In this document: piece by piece, positions 14,202 through 24,074 of the stretch
Layout: each line of letters starts with the position of its first letter
Numbering within the stretch: the stretch's first letter is position 1
NCBI GenBank assembly: GCA_963774065.1
Contig: CAVZDO010000002.1
Coordinates: 21,799 to 85,798 of the forward strand
Length of the DNA: 64,000 bases
Direction of reading: 5' to 3'
Source: Chitinophagia bacterium
GTDB lineage: Bacteria; Bacteroidota; Bacteroidia; Chitinophagales; Chitinophagaceae
The notes under the pieces: generated by a model
Told to the model about the DNA's origin: nothing
Seen by the model: only the letters and a program-made list of their open reading frames with translations
Databases searched by the model: none
Program-made: the position numbers and the translations under genes

Positions 14202-16781
14202 TTATTCGGTTGTTTCGGGTGCATCATCTTTGCCTTCCGGAAGATGTTCGCCATTTTCTTCAGGATGATGTCCGTTCTCTTCATGGTGATTGCCATTTCC
14301 AACATGTTCGTCTAACTTAGTAATGGCGGCTATTTCATCGCCGTCATCCAAACGAATCAGTTTAACACCCTGTGTTGCCCTGCCCTGCTCGCTTATGCCA
14401 ACCACCGGCATACGAATAGTTACTCCGCTTTTGCAGGTGATCATTAAATCTTCTTTTTCGGTAACATCCAAAATGCCGACAAGCTTTCCCGTTTTTTCCG
14501 TTACGTTTATCGTTTTCACCCCTTTGCCGCCACGGTTGGTTATGCGGTATTCTTCAATTGAAGTACGCTTGCCATATCCCTTTTCGCTTACAACTAAAAC
14601 TGTTCTTGTTTTATCTTCTTTGTTCACACAAATCATTCCTATAACTTCATTGCTGCTTTCTTCCACTTCAATTCCGGCAACGCCAATTGCTCCGCGGCCT
14701 GTTGGACGAACTTTTTCTTCTTCAAAGCGAATTGATCTTCCGCTTTTCACTGCCATCATAATTTCACAATTGCCGTCGGTCAACTTTGCTTCCAATAATT
14801 GATCACCTTCATTAATGGTAATTGCAATTACACCTGTTTGTCGCGGGCGACTGAAATCTTCCAAAGAAGTTTTTTTGATGGTGCCATGTTTGGTGCACAA
14901 AACAATATGATGTGATTTTACAAATGCTTCATCTTTCAAATCTTTCACGTCAATAATAGCTCTCACTTTATCATCCGGCGGAAGCTGCATTAGATTTTGA
15001 ATTGCGCGGCCTTTGCTTGTTTTATCTCCTTCCGGAATTTCGTAAATGTTCAGCCAGAAACATCTTCCTTTTTCTGTAAAAAATAACATGGTATGGTGAG
15101 AAGATGCCACAAATAAATGTTCGATATAATCTTCTTCTCTCGTTTTGCCACCTATAGCTCCGCGCCCGCCGCGTCGTTGCTGGCGGTATTCTGTTGCAGA
15201 AGTTCTTTTTATATAACCAAGATGAGAAATGGTGATAACAACATCTTCTTCTTTGATAAGATCTTTGATGCGCACTTCATCATCAAGATAAGTGATCTCT
15301 GTTTTTCTCGGGTTGCCGAATTTTTCTTTTACTTCCCGTAATTCTGTTTTTATTAATTCAAAACGTTTTGCTTCGTCTGCAAGAAGATCTTTTAATTCGG
15401 TGATAAGTTTCATCAACTCATCATATTCCTGTTTGATCTTTTCTCTTTCCATTCCGGTAAGGCGTTGCAAACGCAGTTCCAGTATGGCTTTCGCCTGAAT
15501 CTCATCCAAACCCCATCCTGCATTTATCAAATTATCTTTTGCAATATCCGGCGTTGAAGATGCACGGATCAATGCAATAACTTCATCAAGATGATCGAGC
15601 GCGGTAAGATAACCCTGAAGTATATGCGCTTTTTTCTCCGCTTCTTTTAATTCAAATTTTGCGCGGCGAATAACCACTTCATGACGGAATTCCACAAACT
15701 CGCTGATCATATCTTTTAGGTTCAGCGTTCTTGGTCTTCCTTTTACCAACGCCACATTATTTATACCATAAGAAGTTTGGAGTTCAGTGTTTTTATATAA
15801 TTGGTTGATGACAACATTTGCGATAGCATCACGCTTCAGATCAACAACAACGCGTGTTCCTTCTTTATCGTTGGATTCATTGTTGACGTGTGCAATTCCT
15901 TCAACAATTTTTTCATTTACTAATTGCCCGATTTTTTCTGTCAGCGTATCGCGGCTCACCTGGTACGGAACTTCTGTAATAATAATTTGTTCTCTTCCGC
16001 TAGCTTTGGTATCTACATGTAATTTTCCGCGAAGCACTACTCTCCCACGGCCAAAATGCATTCCTGCTTTCACTCCTTCTATTCCGAAAATAACTCCGCC
16101 TGTCGGGAAATCCGGCGCTTTGATATACTGCATCAGTTCTTCGATCGTGATCTCACGGTTATCTATATACGCAATGCAGCCATCAATTACTTCAGCAAGA
16201 TTATGCGGCATCATGTTGGTTGCCATTCCCACTGCAATTCCGGATGAACCATTTATCAATAACTGCGGAATGCGGCTGGGCAATACCATAGGTTCTTCCA
16301 GCGAGTCATCAAAATTTAATTGAAAGTTGACAGTATCTTTTTCAATATCCGCTAAAATATAATCAGAAATGCGGTGCAATCTTGCTTCTGTATAACGCAT
16401 TGCTGCGGGGCCTTCACCATCCTGGTTTCCAAAATTTCCCTGCTTATCAATTAGCGGGTAACGCATATTCCATTCCTGTGCCATGCGCACCAAAGCATCG
16501 TACACAGCAGTGTCGCCATGCGGATGATATTTTCCAAGCACTTCACCAACGATACGCGCGCATTTTTTTGTTGGGCGGTTGTAATACATTCCCATTTCAT
16601 TCATCGCAAATAAAATTCGGCGATGAACCGGTTTTAGTCCGTCACGAACATCGGGCAATGCGCGGCCAACAATTACAGACATTGAATAGTCGATGTAAGC
16701 CGTCTTCATTTGCTCCTCAATATTTACGGGAACTATGCGATTATTATCCTGCGTTTCGAGCGGTGTAAGATTATCTGCCAT
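14202..16781 (-). CDS. gyrA: DNA gyrase subunit A
   Basis: Motifs include AYIDYSMSVIVGRALPDVRDGLKPVHRR and the catalytic region AAMRYTEARL. It is 859 aa with an acidic His/Glu-rich tail. Confidence 0.97.
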   Translation of the reverse strand: MADNLTPLETQDNNRIVPVNIEEQMKTAYIDYSMSVIVGRALPDVRDGLKPVHRRILFAMNEMGMYYNRPTKKCARIVGEVLGKYHPHGDTAVYDALVRMAQEWNMRYPLIDKQGNFGNQDGEGPAAMRYTEARLHRISDYILADIEKDTVNFQLNFDDSLEEPMVLPSRIPQLLINGSSGIAVGMATNMMPHNLAEVIDGCIAYIDNREITIEELMQYIKAPDFPTGGVIFGIEGVKAGMHFGRGRVVLRGKLHVDTKASGREQIIITEVPYQVSRDTLTEKIGQLVNEKIVEGIAHVNNESNDKEGTRVVVDLKRDAIANVVINQLYKNTELQTSYGINNVALVKGRPRTLNLKDMISEFVEFRHEVVIRRAKFELKEAEKKAHILQGYLTALDHLDEVIALIRASSTPDIAKDNLINAGWGLDEIQAKAILELRLQRLTGMEREKIKQEYDELMKLITELKDLLADEAKRFELIKTELREVKEKFGNPRKTEITYLDDEVRIKDLIKEEDVVITISHLGYIKRTSATEYRQQRRGGRGAIGGKTREEDYIEHLFVASSHHTMLFFTEKGRCFWLNIYEIPEGDKTSKGRAIQNLMQLPPDDKVRAIIDVKDLKDEAFVKSHHIVLCTKHGTIKKTSLEDFSRPRQTGVIAITINEGDQLLEAKLTDGNCEIMMAVKSGRSIRFEEEKVRPTGRGAIGVAGIEVEESSNEVIGMICVNKEDKTRTVLVVSEKGYGKRTSIEEYRITNRGGKGVKTINVTEKTGKLVGILDVTEKEDLMITCKSGVTIRMPVVGISEQGRATQGVKLIRLDDGDEIAAITKLDEHVGNGNHHEENGHHPEENGEHLPEGKDDAPETTE

Positions 16782-16890
16782 GGTTATTTTTAGCTAGAAA
16801 AAAGTCCGATTTCCGCGTTGTTCGGAAAGGATTGCGAAGTTATCGTTTTCATACGGGAAAACCTCAATGAATCTGCAAAATTTTCTTTAG

Positions 16891-17017
16891 GTATGAAGTA
16901 TAAACTATGAAGTATGAAGTAAGAATTTTAAAGGGAGAATTTAGAATAGAGAAGTAATCAAGCGATACCTCATAGCTCATAGCTAATAGCTTATAGCTCA
17001 TACTTCATACCTCATAC
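16891..17017. repeat. Intergenic word hairpin (TATGAAGTA words / CATAGCT words)
   Basis: Read directly from the sequence. It lies between the PRTase stop and the gyrA start. Confidence 0.8.
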
Positions 17018-17512
17018 TTACTCCAGCCACGCTCCTTTCACCGTTTCGCCGTCAACATCAACATAAATATGTTCCTGCAATGTGGTGGCAACGGAAAGCC
17101 CGACGTAATCCGGTTTTACCGGAAATGCCTTATGCGTTCGTTCAACCAAAACCAATGTTTGAATTTTTTTGGGATGAGATAATAAGAAAGGTTTTAGTGC
17201 ATACAATAATGTTTTGCCGCTGTTGCTTACATCGTCAATCAAAATAACAATTTTATCATCATAAGAAAGCGATTTGTTGAGCACTACTTCTTCCGGAAAT
17301 TTTTTATCGAGAGTGATCATGATTAATTCTGTAGAAATATTTTTTATTCCTTTTAGTAACTGCTGAATATTTCTTGCAATCACACTTCCGCTTTCGCGGA
17401 TACCTGCAAGAATTAATTCCTGTTCATCATAATTATTTTCAAGAATTTCATAAGCCATGCGCAACATTTTTCGCTGCGCGGCATCTTGCGTAAGTATATA
17501 ATTTCTTTCCAT
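17018..17512 (-). CDS. Phosphoribosyltransferase family protein (PyrR-like)
   Basis: PRPP-binding loop VILIDDVSNSGKTL. Confidence 0.8.
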   Translation of the reverse strand: MERNYILTQDAAQRKMLRMAYEILENNYDEQELILAGIRESGSVIARNIQQLLKGIKNISTELIMITLDKKFPEEVVLNKSLSYDDKIVILIDDVSNSGKTLLYALKPFLLSHPKKIQTLVLVERTHKAFPVKPDYVGLSVATTLQEHIYVDVDGETVKGAWLE

Positions 17513-17650
17513 GGTGCGAAGATAGAAGTTTGAAGTCAGAAGTCAGATGTCGGAAGTAAGAAGTTTCACTGCTCTTGACAGTCAACCGTCGACGGTCGAC
17601 AGCCGACTGCCATTTGTCAACTGTCTATAATAATTTAACTTAGCTCAATC

Positions 17651-18961
17651 ATGCAAATCCTGCAACAAATAATATTTATGCTCGCCGCAATTTTTGCTAT
17701 TTTTTTATTTAGTAAGAACCTGGTAAAAATCCGGCGAAATATTTTATTAGGAAAAGATGAAGATTACAGCGACAATCCTTCAAAGCGCTGGAAGAATATG
17801 CTGTTGCTTGCTTTCGGACAAAAAAAAATGTTTCGCAATCCGCTGGTAGCTGTGATACATTTTCTGATCTATGCAGGATTTATTATTATCAATATCGAAG
17901 TGCTTGAAATTTTTTTAGATGGCATTTTCGGCACACATCGTTTGTTTGAATCTCCGCTTGGCAACTGGTATATTATTCTTATCAATGCTTTTGAAATTTT
18001 AGCAATTGGCGTGTTAACAGCATGTATTATTTTTTTATGCAGAAGAAATATCATCAAGCTGAAACGCTTTATCAGTCAGGATTTGGACGGATGGCCACGA
18101 AGCGACGCAAATTATATTCTCATCTTCGAAATTATTTTGATGACTTTATTTCTCACCATGAATGCTGCCGACACTTTGCTGAAATCGCGCGGTTACGGGC
18201 ATTATGCTGAAAATAATTCAGGCAATTTTATTTTCTCACAGTTGCTTCATCCGCTATTAAATTCTTTGAGCAATCACAATCTTGCAATACTCGAACGCAG
18301 TTGCTGGTGGTTGCATATCCTCGGCATTTTTGCATTCATGAATTATTTGCCCTATTCAAAACATCTGCATATTTTATTTGCATTTCCAAACGCATATTAC
18401 GCGCGTTTATCTCCCGAAGGAAAAATGCGCAACATGCCTGCAGTACAAAAAGAAGTTTTATATGCTATGCAACCGGAAACTGCACCTGCAGATGCAGCGC
18501 CGCCATCAAAGTTTGGAGCGAAAGATATTTTTGATCTTAGCTGGAGAAATTTATTAGATGCTTATTCCTGCACCGAATGCGGAAGATGCACCGCAGCTTG
18601 CCCGGCAAACCAAACAGGAAAATTATTATCGCCAAGAAAAATTATGATGGATACGCGCGACCGTGCCGAAGAAGTCGGAAAAAATATTTCTGCTAACAAA
18701 GAATTTAAAGACGATGGAAAAAATTTGCTGAATTATATTTCTGTAGAAGAATTGCGCGCGTGCACAACCTGTAATGCCTGCGTGGAAGAATGCCCGGTAA
18801 GCATCAGCCCTTTGGAAATTATTTTAGAATTAAGGCGCGCATTAATAATGGAAGACAGCAATGCACCGCAAGAATGGAATGCGATGTTCAGCAATATTGA
18901 AAATAATTTTGCTCCGTGGAAATTCAGTCCGGATGAAAGAGATAAATGGGTGAATGAGTGA
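17651..18961 (+). CDS. Membrane-anchored (Fe-S)-binding protein, two 4Fe-4S motifs
   Basis: N-terminal polytopic membrane domain, plus CTECGRCTAACP and CTTCNACVEECP. Confidence 0.8.
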   Translation: MQILQQIIFMLAAIFAIFLFSKNLVKIRRNILLGKDEDYSDNPSKRWKNMLLLAFGQKKMFRNPLVAVIHFLIYAGFIIINIEVLEIFLDGIFGTHRLFESPLGNWYIILINAFEILAIGVLTACIIFLCRRNIIKLKRFISQDLDGWPRSDANYILIFEIILMTLFLTMNAADTLLKSRGYGHYAENNSGNFIFSQLLHPLLNSLSNHNLAILERSCWWLHILGIFAFMNYLPYSKHLHILFAFPNAYYARLSPEGKMRNMPAVQKEVLYAMQPETAPADAAPPSKFGAKDIFDLSWRNLLDAYSCTECGRCTAACPANQTGKLLSPRKIMMDTRDRAEEVGKNISANKEFKDDGKNLLNYISVEELRACTTCNACVEECPVSISPLEIILELRRALIMEDSNAPQEWNAMFSNIENNFAPWKFSPDERDKWVNE

Positions 18962-19062
18962 CACGAATTATTGAGCACGAATTATCGGGTACGAATTACA
19001 CGAATTAAAGTGAATTAAGAAGCGGTTATACCTAACCGTTAGTATCTTTGAAGACTGAAGAT

Positions 19063-19184
19063 CAATTATCAATTATCAATTATCGATTATCAATTATCAA
19101 TTATCAATTATCAATTATCAATTATCAATTATCAATTATCAATTATCAATTATCAATTATCAATTATCAATTATCAATTATCAA
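19063..19184. repeat. Heptanucleotide microsatellite (CAATTAT)x17
   Basis: Near-perfect 7-nt period with one variant unit (cgattat). It ends 8 nt before the GH97 ATG. Confidence 0.95.
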
Positions 19185-19191
19185 CTTTCTT

Positions 19192-21171
19192 ATGAAACAT
19201 TTACTCAAACGATTTTGCATTGCCTGTTTTTTTCTTCCGTTATTTTTATCAGCGCAAAAAAATATTCGCCTTAGCTCGCCCGATGGCAGAATTGTTTTTT
19301 CTTTTTTTATTAAAAACAAATCTGCGTTTTACGAATTGACTTTTAAAAATAAACCTATCATCAATGCTTCTCCGCTAACTCTCGATTTTGACAACGGAAC
19401 ATTCGGCGATAATATTAAAATGAGCAAACCAATTTTTCGCGAAGCGGATGAAGATTATGAATTGGTTGTTGGCAAAGCAAAAAAAGTACATGATCATTTT
19501 AAAGAAGTAATCATTCCCTTGCAGGCGCTTTCATCATCACAAAGAAAAATTAATCTTGTCGTTCGCGCGTTCAACGACGGACTTGCATTTCGATATGCAA
19601 TTGCGCAACAGGGCGATTGGAATTCTTTTACATTATTAAATGAGAACACAACTTTCAAACTCGCCGGCAATCCCGTATCTCATTCATTAATGTTTGGAAA
19701 TTATACAAGTTCGCACGAAGGAGTTTACAATACCGTTCCATTTAAAGAAATTAAAGAAGATACATTGATGGATATGCCCGCGCTGTTTGAATTTCCGGAT
19801 AATATTTTTCTCGGCATTACCGAAGCGGAATTGGTGGATTATGCGGGAATGTATTTGGCAAGAAAAGGCGATGAACTCATCAGCAAACTTTCTCCATGGC
19901 CAAATCAAACTTCCATAAAAGTAAAAGCAAGTTTGCCGCATAACAGTCCGTGGCGCGTGTTGCTGATAAGCGATAGGATCGGCGCGTTGATAGAAAGCAA
20001 TATCATTACCGATTTGAATGAACCTTGCAAAATTGCAGATGTAAGTTGGCTGAAGCCCGGCAAAACAACTTTTCCGTGGTGGAATGGAAATGTAACGCCG
20101 GATACATTAAATGCGCCGGGAAATAATTTTGTAACCAATCAATATTATATTGATTTCTGTTCAAGAAATAATCTCGAATATCATTCTGTTGTTGAATATG
20201 GTTTGCATCAATGGTACACAGATGATGGCGTAGGTTTTCAACCAGGACCACATTCCGATGTTACTACACCTGTGCCGGGATTGGATATGAAAGAAATTTG
20301 CGACTATGCAAAAACAAAAAATGTAGGCATAAGAGTTTGGGTTCATTTCTATGCTTTGTATCCTAAGCTGGATACGGCTTTCGCGATTTTTGAAAAATGG
20401 GGATTGAAAGGAATGATGGTTGATTTTATGGATCGTGATGATCAGCAAATGGTGAATATGCAGAATGAAATTTTACAAAAAGCTGCTGCGCATCATTTAC
20501 ATATTCAATTTCACGGCGCATATAAACCAACAGGATTGAGCAGAACTTATCCGAATGAATTTACGCGCGAAGGAACATTAAATTATGAAGGAGATAAATG
20601 GACCGATGATGGAATTCCTCCGGATCACGATATCAATATGCCTTTTACCAGAATGCTTGCGGGCAGTACAGATTATCATCTCGGCGGATTTCGCGCTGTA
20701 CCGAAATCAAAATTCAAAGCGCAATACACACGTCCGTTGATGTTAGGTACTCGCTGTCATATGTTAGCTATGTATGTTGTGCTGGAAAATTATTTGCAAA
20801 TGGTTTGCGATTATCCGGCGGCCTATGAAGGCGAACCGGGATTTGAATTTATAAAAGAAATTCCAACAACATGGGATGAAACAAAAGTGCTTGATGAAAC
20901 AAAAGCTTTTCAATTTATAACTATAGCAAGAAGAAAAAATAATGACTGGTATGTTGGAACAATTACCGATCATTCTCCGCGGCAATTAAATATTCCATTA
21001 AATTTTTTGGGTGAAGGAAAATATACTGCAGAAATTTATACCGATGCGCCGGATGTAAATGAAAATCCCAACCATCTTGTCAAACAAACAAAAGAAGTGA
21101 CGAATAAAGATGCAATAACACTTAATGTTGCCGGTGGTGGTGGCGAAGTGATGAGGATAGTGAAAGAATAA
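19192..21171 (+). CDS. Glycoside hydrolase family 97 (alpha-glucosidase, SusB-like)
   Basis: The signal peptide is MKHLLKRFCIACFFLPLFLSAQ. The N-terminus SSPDGRIVFSF and its overall length resemble SusB-type GH97 enzymes. Confidence 0.85.
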   Translation: MKHLLKRFCIACFFLPLFLSAQKNIRLSSPDGRIVFSFFIKNKSAFYELTFKNKPIINASPLTLDFDNGTFGDNIKMSKPIFREADEDYELVVGKAKKVHDHFKEVIIPLQALSSSQRKINLVVRAFNDGLAFRYAIAQQGDWNSFTLLNENTTFKLAGNPVSHSLMFGNYTSSHEGVYNTVPFKEIKEDTLMDMPALFEFPDNIFLGITEAELVDYAGMYLARKGDELISKLSPWPNQTSIKVKASLPHNSPWRVLLISDRIGALIESNIITDLNEPCKIADVSWLKPGKTTFPWWNGNVTPDTLNAPGNNFVTNQYYIDFCSRNNLEYHSVVEYGLHQWYTDDGVGFQPGPHSDVTTPVPGLDMKEICDYAKTKNVGIRVWVHFYALYPKLDTAFAIFEKWGLKGMMVDFMDRDDQQMVNMQNEILQKAAAHHLHIQFHGAYKPTGLSRTYPNEFTREGTLNYEGDKWTDDGIPPDHDINMPFTRMLAGSTDYHLGGFRAVPKSKFKAQYTRPLMLGTRCHMLAMYVVLENYLQMVCDYPAAYEGEPGFEFIKEIPTTWDETKVLDETKAFQFITIARRKNNDWYVGTITDHSPRQLNIPLNFLGEGKYTAEIYTDAPDVNENPNHLVKQTKEVTNKDAITLNVAGGGGEVMRIVKE

Positions 21172-21217
21172 TTGATAATTAAAAAATCAAAACTGATGAA
21201 AGATGAATTTAGTTAGC

Positions 21218-21292
21218 GTTGAATAGACTTGTTGCAGTACAAGAGTGCGACGCAACGATGATGAAGAGGGTACTAATGCTGGTTACAAAAAA
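21218..21292 (-). repeat. 19-nt-core intergenic repeat, copy 1
   Basis: Core at 21237-21255 (reverse orientation). Flanking TCTATTnAnC and GCATT..GGTTACAAAAAA boxes are present. Confidence 0.9.
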
Positions 21293-21397
21293 TTGACAAT
21301 TGATAATGGAGAATTGATAATTAAGAGAGTAAGATTGAATATAAGAAATCGTATTTCGTAATTCGTATTTCGTAATTCCCAAATCGTAATTCTACAA

Positions 21398-22588
21398 TCA
21401 CACTTCGGGCTTTCGGCTTCCGGCTTCAGGCTTCTTTTTGAGTACAACCCATAAAATAATTCCCACAATAACTAATGCGAAAGAAATTATTTCTGCTTGT
21501 GTTGGATGCAATCCAAAAATATTATACTTCACATTCACTCTTATCTTTTCTATAAAAAAACGTTCAACGCCATTCACAATTAAATAAAAAGCGAATAAAG
21601 TTCCGGGCACTGTAAATTTTTTTCGGAAAGACCAGATGATAAAAAAGAGAATCAAACAAACTACCGTTTCATAAAATGGCGTTGGAAAAACGCCGACAGG
21701 CAATTGATTGCAATATTGCGGATCCAAACAACCCGGAATATTTATTCCTTTGCTGATAACATTGTGCGGATAACGATAAGACCACATCCAGTTTGGCAAC
21801 CAGCTAAAAGGTTTTGGGTGAATATTTTCTATTCCCCAATCGCCATCGCCGGAAACCTGGCAACCGATTCTTCCGATTGCATAGGCAAGCATTAGCCCTG
21901 GCGCAGCAGCGTCATTCAATTGCCAAAAACCTATGTGATGTTTTTTTGCGTAATACCAAATTGCGAGCGCTGCACAAATTAATCCGCCGTAAAAAGTTAG
22001 TCCGCTAAAAATTAAAGAAGCAAAATCCTGCGAGCCGCGATGTAAATCCTTTAATGATTGAATAAAATCTGACGGGCTTTCGAGAATATCAAAAATTTTG
22101 GCACCTAAGAAACCAAATATCGCGGCAAAAATGGTGAGGTCTCCTACCCTGTCGTGCGGCCAAATTCTTATTATTCTTTCTTCGGGTTGCGGTAATTTAT
22201 TTTTATTTTTTTCCCACCATTTCAATCCGGCAAAAAATAATCCGCCGATTATTCCTGCAATCAAATTTCCCTGCGATGAAAAAATATATTGCCGCGGATC
22301 AACTTCACCTGAAGCAATAAAAAGACCTATGAGTTTGTATCCAAGCAAAAATCCGATAACAAAGTTTAAAAATAATTCTGCGCCTGTTGCAGGTTTTCCG
22401 ACAATAATTTTTTCTTCTTCGCTAAATAAAATCCCTTCGCGCTCTTTTCGTTTCAGTTCTTTGGATAACGTAACGGCAGCGCCAATAAATGAAAGTGCAA
22501 CAAAAAAACCAAAGGAATTGATAAATCGCAGAAAGCCCCAATCAACATTGAACAAATCCTTAAAAGCAAAATACAGGTTTGGATACAT
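21398..22588 (-). CDS. lgt: Prolipoprotein diacylglyceryl transferase
   Basis: Polytopic membrane protein with a YGGLI...AYAIGRIGCQVSGDGDWG signature. Confidence 0.9.
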   Translation of the reverse strand: MYPNLYFAFKDLFNVDWGFLRFINSFGFFVALSFIGAAVTLSKELKRKEREGILFSEEEKIIVGKPATGAELFLNFVIGFLLGYKLIGLFIASGEVDPRQYIFSSQGNLIAGIIGGLFFAGLKWWEKNKNKLPQPEERIIRIWPHDRVGDLTIFAAIFGFLGAKIFDILESPSDFIQSLKDLHRGSQDFASLIFSGLTFYGGLICAALAIWYYAKKHHIGFWQLNDAAAPGLMLAYAIGRIGCQVSGDGDWGIENIHPKPFSWLPNWMWSYRYPHNVISKGINIPGCLDPQYCNQLPVGVFPTPFYETVVCLILFFIIWSFRKKFTVPGTLFAFYLIVNGVERFFIEKIRVNVKYNIFGLHPTQAEIISFALVIVGIILWVVLKKKPEAGSRKPEV

Positions 22589-22645
22589 AATTATTCCGGT
22601 CTTAGGTTTAAAAAAATCGCGAAAGCTAAAGTGTGAAAATAAGAC

Positions 22646-22722
22646 TTTTTATGTAGCGGGCATTTGATCTCTCTTCAACATCGTTGCGTCGCACTCTTGT
22701 ACAGCAACAATTCTATTGAGCG
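22646..22722 (+). repeat. 19-nt-core intergenic repeat, copy 2
   Basis: Core at 22684-22702. Confidence 0.9.
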
Positions 22723-22801
22723 TTCGTCAAACGTGAAACGTCAGACGTGAGGATGAAGTTCGTATTCACCTTTCACGTCTGACGTTTCACGATTCATGCT
22801 A

Positions 22802-23215
22802 TCAGCAATATTCCTTAAAAGTTGCAATAAGATTATGCGCGATTATCTGCGCCGGCCGTCCTTCTATTTGATGACGCTCGATCATATGCACCAATTGTCC
22901 GTCTTTGAACAAAGCAATTGCGGGAGATGACGGCGGGTATGGTAACAAATGTTCACGAATTCTATTTACAGCTTCAGTATCAAAACCAGCGAAGGTTGTT
23001 GTAAGATGATCAGGTTTTTTTTCACTATTTGCTATGGCCATCAAAACGCCGGGACGCGCAGAACCTGCAGAACATCCGCAAACAGAATTTATCATTACTA
23101 AAGTGGTTCCTTTTTCGTGCAACTGATTTTCTACTTCATCAGCAGTTAATAATTCAGAAAAGCCGTTTTCTGTAAGCTCTTCTTTCATTGGTGTAACTAA
23201 TTGTTCCGGATACAT
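22802..23215 (-). CDS. Bacilliredoxin (BrxA/BrxB, YphP/YqiW family)
   Basis: The motif VMINSVCGCSAG and the length of about 137 aa fit this family. Confidence 0.85.
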   Translation of the reverse strand: MYPEQLVTPMKEELTENGFSELLTADEVENQLHEKGTTLVMINSVCGCSAGSARPGVLMAIANSEKKPDHLTTTFAGFDTEAVNRIREHLLPYPPSSPAIALFKDGQLVHMIERHQIEGRPAQIIAHNLIATFKEYC

Positions 23216-23489
23216 TTTTTAAAATATTTTATTGAATTGTATAACGCAAAATTATAAAAAAAGTTTGATGGAAGTTTACTCTGCCACAGATTACACGGAT
23301 TTACACAGATTAAAAAGGTTTTCTATGAAAAATATTTTATGAATAAACGTCAGGCAAAAATTATTATTCGGAAAATATGTCTTTCGTTTTTTCAAATTGT
23401 TGACGAAACAGCATTCATTATGGCAATGGTACATACTTTGTTCCATCTTCTGCGATAATAAAAATTGACTCACCTAAATACAATTAATT

Positions 23490-23924
23490 ATGTCAATCGT
23501 AAAATTTAACCACGTGCCGGTGCAAAAATTCGGCAATTTGTTCGATGAGTTCTTTAATGAATTGCCTGCTTTCTCCGGAAAAGAATGGAACAACTGGAGT
23601 TTTCCACCGGTAAACATTCATGAAACAACCGATGCTTATCATGTTGAATTGAGTGTGCCGGGAAGAACCAAAGAAGATTTTATCGTGAACGTAGAAAATG
23701 GTTTACTCACCGTTAGTTTTGAAAAGAAAGAAGAAACTAAAAACGAAGATTACAAAACAGTGCGCAGAGAATTTTCTTATCGCAGTTTCAAACGCAGTTT
23801 TAATTTAGACGAACGCATTGATGCGGAAAAAATCCAGGCTAAATATGAAAACGGTTTGTTAAAATTACTTCTTCCTAAAAAAGAAGAAACAAAAGAATCA
23901 GCAAAGCAAATCACTATTAACTAA
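23490..23924 (+). CDS. Hsp20/alpha-crystallin small heat-shock protein
   Basis: Alpha-crystallin domain (VNIHETTDAYHVELSVPG...YENGLLKLLLPKK). Confidence 0.9.
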   Translation: MSIVKFNHVPVQKFGNLFDEFFNELPAFSGKEWNNWSFPPVNIHETTDAYHVELSVPGRTKEDFIVNVENGLLTVSFEKKEETKNEDYKTVRREFSYRSFKRSFNLDERIDAEKIQAKYENGLLKLLLPKKEETKESAKQITIN

Positions 23925-24074
23925 GAGTGTTTGCGAGCTAAATAGAGTTAGTGAGCAGTTGGTTTTGTTGTATAATCCCTCTTGCAATTCAAGGGGGATT
24001 TTTATTTTTTACGAGTTAATGCGTTAATTTCGTGCACTGAAAACTTCATCGCATACTAAACCGATTACGCACGA

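Noticed and set aside
14290-16768. Six ORFs antisense to gyrA (14290..14802, 15117..15341, 15292..15498, 15787..16323, 16056..16247, 16382..16768)
   Set aside because: They lie entirely within the strongly supported gyrA CDS on the opposite strand and have low-complexity, motif-free translations. The same reasoning applies to the other antisense ORFs inside annotated genes.
19048-19191. QLSIINY-repeat extension of the GH97 ORF
   Set aside because: It is the translation of the heptanucleotide microsatellite starting from a TTG. The real signal peptide begins at the ATG at 19192.
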